Positions 12,331-25,845 of a DNA stretch of 64,000 nt are shown one piece after another. Position 1 is the stretch's first letter, and the number at the start of each line of letters is the position of its first letter. The stretch lies in assembly GCA_965153285.1 (NCBI GenBank), contig OZ229111.1; one strand, given 5' to 3'. The translations under genes were made by a program, and so were the position numbers. Source of the stretch: Podarcis tiliguerta (taxonomy: Eukaryota). The notes under the pieces were generated by a model, which was not told the DNA's origin, did not search any database, and saw only the letters and a program-made list of their open reading frames with translations.

Positions 12331-14009
12331 TTATATATCCATGCTATAGCTAACCTTCTACATCAGGAATGAGGAGCTGCCCTGTGAATCATCACCGACT
12401 TCACCTGCTCGTCTTTCATTTCCCATCCCTAGTAATTCTCAAATTGCGAGGTTTGATATGGAAAAATCAATCCTTTTTATCTTCCTTAAAGACTTCATTG
12501 AGTTGAAAATATTGTAACCACTCTGTTATTTGTTGACCTAACTCTTCAAACCTCTTTAATATAAGTTCACAGTCTTTTTCTCTTAATAAATCCTTGCATG
12601 TCACCCAGCCCCCTCTCATCTTCTTTCCCCCCACTGATATCGCTTCAAGTGGGGAAAGCCACCATGTTTTTGCCTAGCACCCAAATTTGGAACAAGGGGA
12701 GGCTAATATCTTCTATGGGGAACCTACTAAAAAAAAGTAGTTGTGAGTTTCTTCAGGACCTCAGTGTCAGCGCAAAGTCCTGGACAGTGGTATTTGGCAA
12801 GTAAATGTGTTTATGGAACCATGGGATTGGAATGAAACAAAAATATGACCACCCCATGTAATCCACAATTCTGTGTACCAGAAGCAGAGAGCAGGTACAT
12901 TGCAGAAAGATGCGTGCCGATCTTATAGTTTCAGATGGGGGCGGGGGAGAGTTTTAAGCAACACAGGAATCTGAATCTGCCTTACACTAAATAAAACTAT
13001 TTATCCATCTGTGTCACTATTGGCCACTTTGACTGGTAACAGCTCTGCAGGGACTCCAGCAAAGGGACTCCACATCACATGCTGTCTGCTCCTTCTAGCT
13101 GAAGATGCCAGGGATTGAACCTGGAACCTTCTTCTTGAAAACCATGTGTTCTGCCACTGAGCTTTGGTCCCTCTACAGTTTTGGCTAAGTTCCAGGCCAT
13201 TTTAATCATCAAGATCGCAATGTGGTGCATTGCATGGTAAAGAGGATTCATGAGGTCTTATCAGGCTCAGTCACAGACCTCCGGTGTGAGTTTAGGTGAG
13301 TTTCTTTCGATGCATCTTTTTCTCTCTCAATCATTACAAGGAATAATGGAATAATCCACACCATGGGGCCAGTCTTAGGTCCTTGTCCTGCCAACAAATT
13401 TTGTCATTTTCTATAGGAGCTCAGGGTAAAATGTCCGAAGCAGGGATACTCAGATATGTAGAGAAAGGGAAACAATACAGACTCCAAGAACAAGAAGCCA
13501 GTGTGGATTTCTGGAAACAGAGTGATAATCCTGGGAGTTGTGCAGCCACAGGACGAATCTCCTGTTCATTGCCTTTTTGCCACAAAGAAAGGAACACATT
13601 CAGAATTTTTATAACTCCATCACAAGAATACCAATTTGGTGCAGTAGGCCCTGTTTCTTTCATATGAGTGAAGCAGCCTGAATGACAGGGAAAGGAAGCA
13701 GTGTACAGGGTTTTTCCTTTGGAATGGATCCAGGGTTCTTCCTCCCCTCCCTGCCTCAAAAATAACAGATGCCAGACGTGTCTGCCTGGGCAACAGCCAA
13801 CCCCTGAGGCATGGCATCTATCAACAGGGTGGTGAAGGTTTATGGATCTCAACACAAAAGGCTGGCAGTCACCACAGTGTCCACGCACCTTGCTCTGGAG
13901 CAGCCACTCTCTAGTATAGTCCAGAGCTCCACCAGACCAGAAAAAGATGGTCTCTCTTCAACAAAAAGAAAGGGACAGCATTTATAAACAATGGCTGAAT
14001 ACCTGAGCC

Positions 14010-14143
14010 CAGTGCTATTTTTCTAGAAGAAGAGGTGCCGGAATTCAGCATGAACACTTGCCTCGGTCTCTTAGAATGGCAATGGCCCCACCTGAGAGGT
14101 GCCAGAACTGAGTTGGGCAAGTTCCGGCTGAAAAAAAGCCCAG
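14010..14143. mobile_element. hAT-like MITE (second copy at 57439-57563)
   Basis: Both copies share gaggtgccggaactca...ttagaatggcaatggc...acctgagaggtgccggaactgagtt...aaaaaagccc. Confidence 0.75.
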
Positions 14144-15247
14144 GCTGGACCACTAAAAATCCTCTTTCAGATGTGGGACAAATGTGCACATTATTGGCAA
14201 GGGTTATGAGTCATCCTTGAAGCAGTAAGACTGGCACAAAAAACGGTGTCTGTAAATGACTGATGGGGTTGTGGTATGAATCTTCAGTAGTAATACCTCA
14301 TAGGTGCATTTCATGGTATTTTGGCCAGAAATGTTTAGATTTCTGAAGGACCAGCATGATGGCTAAAATCCTAACGCAACATACCTGGGAGTAAGCCCTG
14401 TTGAATTCATAGGACTGGCTTCTGAGAATACATGATTAGGGTTGTGCTATATGGTTGCTATCTAACCCCAGATACCATTTGTTTAAAACAAATGTGCTCC
14501 TTCACATTACTACTCTTTGTCTGTCCTTTTGATATTGTCAAAATTATGAGGACAATTGGGCCACTCAGTTCCAATGGTCATGTTCACCACCTCACACGAT
14601 TCTATTATGTGTTGTATGAAATATATGTCACACTTTGGTTACTTACCACTCAGCAATATCTAGCACCTCAGCTGATTGTCAAAATAGGCTTGATTCTGAT
14701 GGAGGGCAGAATAGAGGATACATTGGAATTTACCCAATGTTAATAACGCAATACCCAACAAAGTTGCCCCACAAGCACAAGGACATCTGCCTGCACAATG
14801 AGACTTCTTCTCTTCTTCCTGCATGCTCCCCCAACACCCCTCACATATGTTCTGGGGTTCCCCAACCCGCTGGAGCAGATTTGGGGGGGGGGGGACAAGG
14901 AGAGAGGAAAGGGAGTCCTATCAAACAGATTTGCAGTATCAGGATAACTGCTGGATAAAACTGAAAGTTTATTTGAGCAACAGTGGAAACAAATTTGCAA
15001 TAAGCTGAAATGAATGGGTGCCAAACTCATGCGTAATCTCCTAAATGCATTAGCCTGCATGCGCCAATTCCACTTCAGATCTTTCCATGCTAAGAAGGAA
15101 GTTCTGAAGGGGGGTTCTAAGCACATCAGGATGTGTGTGTGCCTAGTTCCTTTTGCAATCAGGAACTCTTGATAATAGAATCTGAAGCCAGCTTGTGTGG
15201 GGATGTTGGGGTGTGCCCCCTCCCCATTTTTACCTGCATGTATCCTG

Positions 15248-15302
15248 CTCTGGTCCATGGGGTCACGAAGTGTCGGACATGACTCAACGACTAAACAACA
15301 AC
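15248..15302 (+). mobile_element. Severely 5'-truncated BovB 3' tail
   Basis: Matches the 3' end of the BovB copy at 25429-25845 (ctctggtccatggggtcac...actaaacaacaac). TSD ATCCTG at 15242-15247 and 15303-15308. Confidence 0.85.
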
Positions 15303-16797
15303 ATCCTGACAAATGCCGGCATCAGGCTTTTCCCGCTCAGCTAAACCTCAGTTGTCACCTTCAAAAAACACACACCCCAACGGTCATTCCACACCTGCTT
15401 CAACTTCCACTAACCTTAACATTCTATACTCCAAGCAATCCTTGCCCCTCCAAATGCAAGAGCTAAGCTTGGGGGCAAACGAAGGCTGGCCAGAACCTGT
15501 TTTTAATTTAACATGATATTCTTGGGAAAAACACAGACAGGATTCGTGCTAAAAATAAACCTAGGAAACGTGTACGATAAAGGGTTGATTTGAAGGAAAT
15601 GCACCACAAACCTTGGAATCATGATACCTTGGAAATGTATGGAAACACCAGTAGGGAATTCTACTGGAAAAACTAGTAGGAAGAACTGTGGGTCACAAGA
15701 GCTGTGGTAAGGGAATGGGAAAATATGTTCATCTTTCACTTGGAGAGGCTTTGGCATGGAATACTGCCACCCTCGTGAACCCTCACAAGTCAGGCTTTGT
15801 ACTGGCTTAAACAAAACTGGCTTTATTGCAGTAGTTGTATATATAGTACATCAAAGGAAAATAAACAGAAATGCATTCTCTCAACCTAAGGTTTATGCTG
15901 TGTGGTGTCCTCTGGAGATTAGAGAACCAGGCTATATTGCTTATGAGCAGAGGCACTTGCTCTCAGTGAACCAAGAAACCAAGAGCTAGAGAAGCTGTCA
16001 GTACAGCTAGCTTGCCTGCTACAAGAATTGTAAGTGCAAGTAGTCTAGTCTGCTCACAGGATGCCAGTTTTCTAACCCTGGAGGAGGAGGTACGGTCTTT
16101 CAAGACTGCTCTCTGACCACATTACACTATTTGCTTGAGTAGACTGATCGTACAGTGATGTCTGCTCCATCTCAAAAATCCTATAGCCTAAAAACCCAAA
16201 TTCTGTAATTTGCCTGTAAACACAACAAACTATGCAGGGTGAGGACCAATGTAATGTAAGACTACCCAGCTGCTTCCTTCCAGCTTCACAACAGAACTCA
16301 TCATCTGCATGAATTATGGCAGAACTGCTGATCATTGGTCCATTGTCTGCAGAATGCACACACCAGAAGTGAGATGTAATGTAGACATGGAATCTGGCAA
16401 ACACCACAACAGCTACCGCTGCTGAAGAGGTTGCTACTGTTCAGTTGCTTAAAAGCAGATTGCCTCCTTGGGGCAGATGTTACAGTGCAAGATCTGGTGT
16501 GGTATACGTTGTTTCTCCACACTCAGGTACGTAGCAGCTATAATAATATGGCTTTGCCGCTGTCCAATCTCTGCCTTACACAGGGGTTGAGTAAAATCCA
16601 AATGGAGCGAGAGTGAAATGGCTTATGTTCATTCCCCTGCTTATTGTATTTCCACACTGCATATTTAACATTGTCATCTTTACCCCTGATGGGCTTAAAA
16701 TGCTGGCCTGGCCCAGACCTGTGCTATTCTACAGCTGCACTCTAGTGCATGCTTACTTAAGAATCTCATTGAACACAGTGGGATTTCTAAAGTGTGG

Positions 16798-17111
16798 CTA
16801 TATTCCAAGACTTTATTCTATTTTAATGTATTTTTACTTCTGTGATTGGTGAAGACTATGCAGTTCAGATACCAACAAAGGTTTTAATTACTAATTAGTC
16901 AAATAAATGTTCCTGTTTCCCTCGTTCTCTCCAAATTACCTCCTTCTATCATAAAAGTTTATGCATGAATATATCCCAAGATGTAATTTTATTGCGTTTT
17001 TATTCCTGTGACTGATGAAGACTATGTAGTTAAAATGGCCACAAAGGTTTTTAATAACTAATACAAGCTTGCGTTTCCCCTGCTCTCTCCAAATTACCTC
17101 CTTCTATCATA
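16798..17111 (+). repeat. Diverged two-unit tandem repeat of about 170 nt, Penelope-like terminal repeat
   Basis: Units at about 16798-16953 and 16970-17111 share tatatyccaaga...ctgtga(c/t)tg(a/g)tgaagactatg...acaaaggtttt...tctctccaaattacctccttctatcata. Confidence 0.75.
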
Positions 17112-17798
17112 TGCGCTTAAGCTTATATGAGCTCTAAATATTTTGGAAGCATTTTGGGCCATTAAAGCTCTCTGAATAATAGCATTGCCAACATTGTCCA
17201 GGCGTTTTGTTTGTGAGCAATGTCCTAATGCACAGGGGCCCTCCAGATGTTGTAGACTACAACTACACCCAGCATGGCCAGAGGTCAAGGATGAAGGGAG
17301 TTGTAGTCCACACCATTTGGAGGACACCATGTTGGCTACTCCTTAGAATGATTCTTTCTGGCAAGGAGTCTCTTGCAACCTCTGGAGATACCTCAGCACA
17401 AGCCATATAGTCAGAATCTTTTGCAATGCAAGGAAATGGTGGTTCGCCAATAAGCAAAAGGTCAGCTATAGACGGGGCTTCTGTGTTATGCTGAGCAAGT
17501 TCAAAGGTTTGAGAACTGAGCAGAATCAGGAGTATCAGCCGACGAAAGACAGTAACTCAGTTTGTATATTTTGTTTATAGACACCCCGCAAGCAATCTGT
17601 ACCTGGAAGCAGAAGTAGGCAAAAGGTGGCCATGTGCCAGATTAGATTCTGGGGTACCACCCTTCTCTGACTCCCTCCCTGCTTTCTTCTTTGTTCACAT
17701 TCAATTTCACACCATCAGGTAAATCCATATAAATGCAGTCTGTTGGATTGCCAGCATGTTTTCCTTTCTGGGTAGAGTTAGGAAGCAGGAAATCCAAA

Positions 17799-17799
17799 C

Positions 17800-17841
<42 letters not shown>
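17799..17841. repeat. (AC)n microsatellite
   Basis: Read directly from the sequence. Confidence 0.95.
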
Positions 17842-17843
<2 letters not shown>

Positions 17844-18467
17844 GAACATAATCCACTAGGGAGCTCTCTTGTGCAAGCTTTGTAGAAATGAGCAGGATCT
17901 ATGCTAGAACTTTTTGGTTAGCTCCCATTGATTTCAGTGGTTCTTTCAGTCTGAGAGAACGTCTGGGTTGCTGTCTCCTGCCATTAAGAGAGTCCCAGAT
18001 TCACCATTTGGAGACCACTGCCTCACCTTAACCTCCCGGCAAGCCACATCAGTTGCCTGGGTATGTTAATTCAGAAGTAAATCCCACTGTGTTCAGCACG
18101 GCTTGTTCCTAGATAAGTGTGAATAAAATTGTAGCTATAGAATTCAGGAAAAAGAGTTAATTGGAAAAAATGTACGCGGTACATAAAATGGATCTAGGCT
18201 GGCTGCAGGCATAATTTTGTGAGGAGTGATAAACTGTGGAAGAATACAGCATGAGAGAGAGAGAGAGAGAGAGATTATCTGGGATAGTTCCAGCTAAGAC
18301 ATACTCAGAATTAATAGACTTTTAAAAAGTTACATTGGCTATCACCCTCTGTATTTGATAACAATAATCTGTTTTTCTGTATATTTATTCAATACAGATT
18401 CCTACCTTATATTCATTTGGTCTTCTATTTATTGTTCGGGTAACCCCCACTTAGGCACAATCTAGCT

Positions 18468-18603
18468 CAGGCATAGGCAAACTTGGCCCTCCAGATGTTT
18501 TGGGACTACAACTCCCATCATCCCTGACTGCTGCTCCTGGTAGCTAGGGATGATGGGAGTTGTAGTCCAAAAACATCTGGAGGGCCGAGTTTGCCTATGC
18601 TTG
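18468..18603. mobile_element. Young palindromic hAT MITE with perfect 8-bp TSD
   Basis: Near-perfect inverted arms of about 60 bp (caggcataggcaaact...ggactacaactcccatcatccct / agggatgatgggagttgtagtcc...agtttgcctatgcttg). TSD ATCTAGCT at 18460-18467 and 18604-18611; an 8-bp TSD is typical of hAT elements. Confidence 0.93.
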
Positions 18604-18769
18604 ATCTAGCTGAAGTTAAAGCACTTAAGTTCCATTGATTTAATCGCATGCTTAAATCTCTTCTACTGGGCTCATTCAGATTTTAATGTGCTTACTTTTG
18701 TTTGGATTTAGATCCTTAATTTGTAGGTATGGTACTCCCTTGAAGTTGGTGTAGGTATGCATACATATG

Positions 18770-18995
18770 TAGAATCATAGAATCATAGAATCATAGAGTT
18801 GGAAGAGACCACAAGGGCCATCGAGTCCAACCCCCTGCCAAGCAGGAAACACCATCAGAGCACTCCTGACATATGGTTGTCAAGCCTCTGCTTAAAGACC
18901 TCCAAAGAAGGAGACTCCACCACACTCCTTGGCAGCAAATTCCACTGTCGAACAGCTCTTACTGTCAGGAAGTTCTTCCTAATGTTTAGGTGGAA
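18770..18995 (-). mobile_element. CR1 LINE 3' fragment
   Basis: (tagaatca)n is the reverse of the CR1 octamer tail (ATTCTATG)n, followed by typical CR1 3'UTR/ORF2-end sequence (...actgtcaggaagttcttcctaatgtttagg). Confidence 0.9.
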
Positions 18996-20584
18996 ACTGT
19001 ATGTTTGACAAGGATGCTTCGGAATCTAGCCAAGTATTTCAGCATGGAAAAATAGAAGTCCTAAGTCAAAATTCCAGAATAAAGCTTGAAATTGCTGGCA
19101 GAACAAATTTTTCTGCAGACAAAAGAAAGGATCATGAATGGAAGGAGCAAAGAATTGATATCAGTGGAGATGTAGCAAACTAAAGAATGTGTAATAGGAT
19201 GTCAATGACAGATAAGTCTGTATATGATATGATAGGATGGAAAAAATTGTGTATAATGGATATTTTAAAAATGCAAAAATTAAAATTAAAAAAAGAAAAA
19301 GAATTCACTGTCAGAACTGCTAGTGACAAGGGTGCATGATTGACCTGACAGCCAAACCACTACAGAGGTAGCAGGTGTGAATTCTGAAGTTACAGAAGCA
19401 CATCCAATGTGGTTTCAACTGTAAAGAGTGAGTGCTTGTGCCAAACCATATTTGGCATATCAGGACCTGATGTCTGCTAATATGCAGGAGCAATGATCAT
19501 CTCTACAAACAAAACCAGGCACTGAGAGACTTCATATGTATGTGGATGTGGCGCGTGCTTGTACGTGGGTGGGAGGACCGTGCAGGCCATATGTTCTAAG
19601 CTCTTCCAGCAAATAACACAAAGTGGATTCCTTTACTAGGAAAATATGCTTTGTACTGGCCCCGCAAGCCTTTTTTGGGTTGTTTTCAATCACGTTGCTC
19701 TGTCTGAAGAAACAGTGCCTCCCTCTTCCGGAGAGCTCCCTTCTCTGCCTGAGAATTAGCACAGAACCAGACGTTCACAGGGCAACGAGAAAACGGGCCT
19801 GTTCTGTTACTGACACACATAAGGAGCCTGCTAAATAGCTCACAACAGTTGCATGTTTGGTATGTACAGAGGTGGACACGCACGTGAATGTAGACATCTC
19901 TCTGGTTGCGGCTGCAAAAGTAGGCAACTCTTTCTCTGCCTGAGGCCTCCGTGCCTTTAGCAGCTCCTATGAAAATAAAATACAATAAAACAATTAGCAG
20001 GTGTGGTTTCCCCTTCATTAGCATAGCATGTCAGAACAATCTACCTCTGTTGGCTTTCTGTAGAGATGTTAAAGGCGGGCGCAGAACCTCTGTCAAAGGT
20101 GGGCAAGGTGGCAACTGGAACTACGAGACTGGATTACTGAAATATGCTTCAGGTGCTGCTACCTTTGAAGATGGTTCAGAAACGTCAGATAGTGCAAAAT
20201 GCAGCTAACGGGGGCCAGGAGATCTGAACGCGTGACACCTCAGCTGCTCACTGAGAGACTCCATATGAATTGCACTGGCTATCACGGTGCTGGCTCAAGA
20301 CATTTTGCTGCCTGATGTTAAGGACAAGATGGCACCCCGGCCGTATTCCATGTACAGACCCTAACTGGACTGCCAATCTAATCTTCTTTCAGCATGGTGA
20401 TAGGACAGCATCTCTGCACTGCCCCTAAGAGCAACAGGCCAGCGTAATAGAGGACAGGCTGTAGGGCACACACAGATCTGTCCTTCAGTACTTCATTGCT
20501 GCTCTTCACTACCCCCAGCGGTGGCTGTCCCACTGCCTGTGGCACAGCAGGCCTTGGGCTAGCAGTCTTTTTTTATTTGGGCCT

Positions 20585-20980
20585 CTTAGGCCCTAAATCT
20601 GGCTACCTAAAGGACTGCTTGCACCCATATGACTGTGCCCATAATTTGAGCTCTTCATCTGAGTTCCTGCTTGTGTGAACCAGGTGAGACAATACATAGC
20701 AGGAATTTTTTGCTGGTGGTTTCCTAGCTGCAGAACTCTCTTCCAATAAGCATTTCCTTGGCTCCTGCAGTCCTTGCATTCAAAAAAGCCTTTAAAACTT
20801 ACATTTTCACTGTTGCCGTTCCTTGAGAGAGTTTAGCATGGTGCTCTAATTCGCACATCTTTTCGTCAATATTCACTCACTGCTTCTTCACATTCGGATG
20901 TTCTAAATGTCTCCTCTCTCTTTTGAGTTGTGAGGGCTTGGCCCTGAAAAGTGACTAAGAAATAACATGAATAAATAAAC
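20585..20980 (+). mobile_element. Decayed L2 LINE 3' fragment
   Basis: ggccctaaat...ggctacctaaaggactgc...cccatatga...gaactctcttcc...tttaaaacttacattttc and an aataaataaa tail resemble the L2 3' end. Confidence 0.5.
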
Positions 20981-23900
20981 ACCAATTTTTAAGAACAGAG
21001 CAGCAATGAAGGGCAGTATACAAATTTAATAAATAATAATTTTTGTTGCTGTCTTTATACCTTTAACTTGATATGCAGAGATGAAGCTGTTACCCTTTAC
21101 CTGTCAATTCATCTCCTTGCTGAGGAATGCTCTACCTACTAGGCACCAGCATGTTGTGCCATTGTTTGAAAGCACAGATGCCAAGCTAGTAAAATGGCTA
21201 TCTTCTGTGGCATTTACAGCACATTGCACTATAGCCTCTAATGATTCTACTCTTGAAGATCCCAGATGCTTCTGGTGTGACATGGCTGGATTCAGTGGAA
21301 TGTTGGCTGGATCCTGCAGAGCTTCTCCAGCATTCTTAAGGGCTGCCACACACAATATGCTGCTGGACCTCATAGCCAGAAAGGAAATACATTTGGGTCT
21401 GTTGCCAATAATTCCTGATGTATGATAATCAACAGCCCAGCCACTGGTGTCCTTAGCAGCCTTTTATGGATCAGGCCCCAGGATAATGGCTGGAAATATA
21501 ACTGGTGATTGCTTCTGCACATGCCATGAATAAATGAATTTTTGTGCCCTGTACCATCACTAGAATATGGAAAATATGTTGAACAAGGCAGCAAAATGCA
21601 GAATGTATACATATATGTGATCACTTTTCTAGCCATAAAATAAAAATCTCTCACACTACATGAACTCAACCAATATCTTATCTTGAAATGAATGTGGGAA
21701 CCAGCTCTTAACTTTGGGTGACTACTGATGACTGAAAATAGCTGTTTGTACATGCAGAAATTCCACCAAGAAAATCTGACACAATTGTCACTGAAGATTA
21801 GGTTTTGCTTTGCTTACCTTTGTAGACATAGCCTCAGCGGCATTCACTGCCATTACCTGGAACTGAGCAGAGGCCTGTGGCTCACTTGTGATAAGATGCC
21901 TAATGCTAATGCTGAGCTAAGAAGATAACACTTTTTTCAGGAAACAGTGTCACAACTGTTCTTACTATTGATTTAGAACAAACTGGAAAATCCAGATGAT
22001 TTGCAGCTAATTCAGGGTTCCCTGTAATCATGGGGAGGAGAGCAAAAAAAAATAGCAAGCAAACAGTCTGGCTTCTTCCTGCACCTACGAGAGAAGCTTC
22101 ATTTGCAAAATCGAGTAGGTAGAGATACTCACAACACCCCAGCTCCTAATTTCTGCAGATGAAGCCACTGTTGAGGCACAGGATTTGAGGATGGTAAAAA
22201 GCTCTATTAGCAAGATTATCCCTGGCCACTTTGGAGGAAAGCTCTGTGCTCTAACACTGGAATTCACCAGGGAGAATCTTATTTCTAAGTTTATATTAAG
22301 TTCAACCAAGACCATTTTAGGCCATGCTTCAGTATTTATTTATTTATTATTTTAATGTAAATTATATCCCACTCTTCCTCCCAAAGGAATACTGGAGGAG
22401 GATGTTGAAGCATCAGCGTTGAGCTAAGATTCAGCTGCCAGGCCAGTCAGTTTCTGTGGAAGGTGAGCGGAATTGCCCTCTTCTTGCTTGCCTGAGGCCA
22501 TCAAATGTCTTGGGCTAGTCCTAACACCATGGCCCTCTCTGAACAAGAACAGCTGACAAATCGCCAAAGGTCGAGGTCTGTCAAAAGAGCCAAGTCCATT
22601 CCAGCACCCAAAGTGCAGATTTTCTTCCTACTTGGGATGGAAAAGTAGTTCTTTTTCTCTCTGGGACAGTCACTGAAGCAGAGCTGGGAATGCACTAGGA
22701 ATTCACCCTGGAGACAGACATCTCCCTGTGCAATGATGGGGTGAGCAGGGGTCAGCTGCTGTAATGGGAAGCTGTTATTTCTGGTGCTACCCCTTTGTGC
22801 CAGAAACTTAAGGATGTGCTCACATTACCATTTACTGCAGCTCCAGTGTACTCCGCTGCTGGTTTTTAAAGGTGGGTTCATATGCCATTGGCCACAATCT
22901 GTATGTATTCTGAAGCTTTTACAGAAATACTCTTCCTTGATGCGGTCTCTCTTAACCCAATTTCCATAGGCTTTGAAAATGGAAACCACAGTTCCATTGT
23001 GGTGCGAACAGTTCGGGCAGCTTTTGCACATGTGCAGACGATGGTGCACGTGCAAACAGAAGCCTCACTGGATTGGAGTTTGGCATGGTGGGGGCATTGA
23101 ATCATCTGGTGAAGACATCTACCCCCCTGCTCTGGTGTGAGAAGCAAGAAAGTGATATGGAAATGCAGCCGGGGTGGTAGTGGTGGTGGAATAACCTCAC
23201 AAGCTGCTGATGTGAGCATAGCCTTACTCTCTTTGGTCTGTAGTCATTCCCCACCCCAGGCCCTGAACCAAACTACAGGTGTTCCCATATATTGTTATCT
23301 GACTCTAGTACAAGGCAGTGTGGGAGGATGTTGCAATGTTCCTCATTGAGGCTATAGGAGAGGCTTTATAAATCAGACGAATGGTTCAACGAGCCCAGAG
23401 CTGTCAGTCTTGATGAGGAACAGGTCTCGGAATCATTGAACCAAGCCATTGGGTTGTCTCTGGAGCAGATCTTTTAAGAAAGGTATGAAGGGGTGGGCAG
23501 AGCACATCCTTATCTTTCAACTTTTCCTCTCCCGGTAGAAAGAACAGGCTGCTCCAAATGCCCGATTTCTAAAATTTATTTATGCATTTTAAAGACTCCC
23601 ATGCTGTTTTGCAGGACAACCACCTCACAAAGCAGTATACAAACCATCAGATTAGTCAAAACAGTCAATGCAACCATAATAAAGTTTTTAAAACCTGGCA
23701 GGTGACCTATACGCTGCATCATTCTCCTGCCGCTTCTGCTCTGCCTGGCCTCAGCTGATGGAAGGCAGCACCTCACTGCTCTGGCTGTTTCCCTCTCGTG
23801 GCTTCTCTGTAATGATGCTAAACAGATCTAGGCAGGGCCAGCATCAGCCCACAACAGAGGATCACGAGCTGGGCTGTTGCTTGGAGCAGAGAGGCACCGC

Positions 23901-25014
23901 TAGATCTTTAAAAGACAAAGGGCACAGACCAATGACTCCAAAAAATTGCATGCCATTTGCAGTTGCTAATTTATACGTGCGGACACAATTTCCGGCTGCT
24001 TTTCATAGGGAAAGTCACTTTACGATACAGAAGGGGAAACTCACGTTCAACCATTCCCAAAAGCCTGGATGGAAAGGCGTGCTTTGGCGTGTCACCAAAA
24101 ACATGTACAATGTAGGTGCCAGATGCACATGTTGACCTTAGGATTAGTACTTATTGTGTAATTATTATTGGTATTATGCTTGTTGATTCATTCTTGTCTT
24201 AATGCTTTCTCTCTCTTGTGTTTGACTGTTTATTTACGCTGTAAAGATTTCAAAATTCCTCTAATGTTTCAATGGGCAGGGGAACTTATATGTTTGGGGG
24301 AAGGGGCAAAGATGGGTAGGTGGGCTTTATTGAAGGTGTAAGGCTGAGAGTGGTATATTTTTATGTAATGGGAAATTTCTAACACTGTTAATAATACAAA
24401 AACATGGAGGAGGGGGGAAAGGGACAGGCAATCTAGGGCTCAGGCCCCCTAGATCCCCTCCAAGAAACCCCCTGATTCAGAAGATGCAAACACAAAGAAT
24501 GTCTGCTTGCTTGCCGGCTATAGAACAGCCTCTGAGTCCATGAATTGCAAAGAAATAGAATGGGATGAAAAGGATGAGCTCGAATGGAATGGGATCCTTA
24601 TTCCCTCCCAACACACCCTTTTCACCCACCCTATCTCATTGCAACACAAAATATTGAGCTCGTAGGTCAGTTCTTTCTCTTTTATAGCATCCAAAGAGAC
24701 TGGGGAAATTGATTCTCACCATTCACCTCCCAACGTATTCCAATATAAACTTTATAAAATATTTTTCTTTGAGAGGCGGGCAGGCTGCCACATTCTGTAC
24801 TGGCTGCAGCTTACAGATGGCAGCCCCAGGCAGAGTTTGGCACAGTAGAAAAGTTCTGTAGCTTTTGCTCTTTGCTAGCCTTTGCTACAATTTTTCTTTT
24901 ACATTTGATAAACCAAGTAGCTGCTACTAAATCTGCCCCATGCTCTATCGTGCTCTCAAGAGCAATAGATGCAGAGCACTTGTGTTTGTGCAATGGTGCT
25001 CCATCGCTCTGCTG

Positions 25015-25016
<2 letters not shown>

Positions 25017-25057
<41 letters not shown>
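25017..25057. repeat. (GT)n microsatellite
   Basis: Read directly from the sequence. Confidence 0.95.
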
Positions 25058-25060
<3 letters not shown>

Positions 25061-25428
25061 TTTAAGGAGATCTAAGAAACTGGTGGGCAAGCCAAGCCAC
25101 ACCAAGTGGGAAGAGAAGAAAATTCCAATAGAGTCTTGGCTTTGGGAAGGTCAAGAGGTACGTAAACAAAGTTTGTTATAATCATTCCAGATTTGCATTC
25201 CTGACTTGCTGTAATTTATCACAATGCACAAAGCTGGTGCAACACCACCATGCATCATTTTACTTCACTGCTTCAGCAAGGGAGAATGAGAAGCTGTATA
25301 TCCTAAGAAATTTAGAGTTTTGAAAGCCAGCAATGTTACTTTGCCAGCAGGCCAGAGGGAAAGATTTGGAGGAGGGTAGGATTTATTGGGTTGAATTTTT
25401 TTTTTTTGTTCCTAGTAGAAGTCATGCT

Positions 25429-25845
25429 ATGGTTTTCCCAGTAGTGATGTATGGAAGTGAGAGTGGACCATAAAGAAGGCTGATCGCTGAAGAATTGATG
25501 CTTTTGAATTATGGTGCTGGAGGAGACTCTTGAGAGTCCCATGGACTGCAAGAAGATCCATTCTGAAGGAAATCAGCCCTGAGTGCTCACTGGAAGGACA
25601 GATCCTGAAACTGAGGCTCCAATACTTTGGTCACCTCATGAGAAGAGAAGACTCCCTGGAAAAGACCCTGATGCTGGGAAAGATGGAGGGCACAAGGAGA
25701 AGGGGACGACAGAGGATGAGATGGTTGGACAGTGTTCTCGAAGCTACGAACATGAGAGAGGCAGTGGAAGACAGGAGTGCCTGGCGTGCTCTGGTCCATG
25801 GGGTCACAAAGAGGCGGATACGACTAAATGACTAAACAACAACAA
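25429..25845 (+). mobile_element. BovB (RTE clade) LINE 3' fragment
   Basis: ORF 25530-25835 (RVPWTARRS..ILKEISPECSLEGQILKLRLQYFGHLMRREDSLEKTLMLGKMEGTRRRGRQRMRWLD) is the BovB ORF C-terminus. (CAA)n tail; 12-bp TSD AGAAGTCATGCT at 25417-25428 and 25846-25857. Confidence 0.95.

Noticed and set aside
14740-15312. Longest non-GIPC1 ORF (190 aa, minus strand)
   Set aside because: It starts within an antisense BovB tail, crosses a poly-G run and has no domain-like content.
18996-19300. A-rich segment after the CR1 fragment resembling an L1 3' end
   Set aside because: No diagnostic motif could be read, so it is left unannotated.
21081-21480. Possible mariner transposase C-terminal relic
   Set aside because: No YSPDL or similar motif and no TIRs found.
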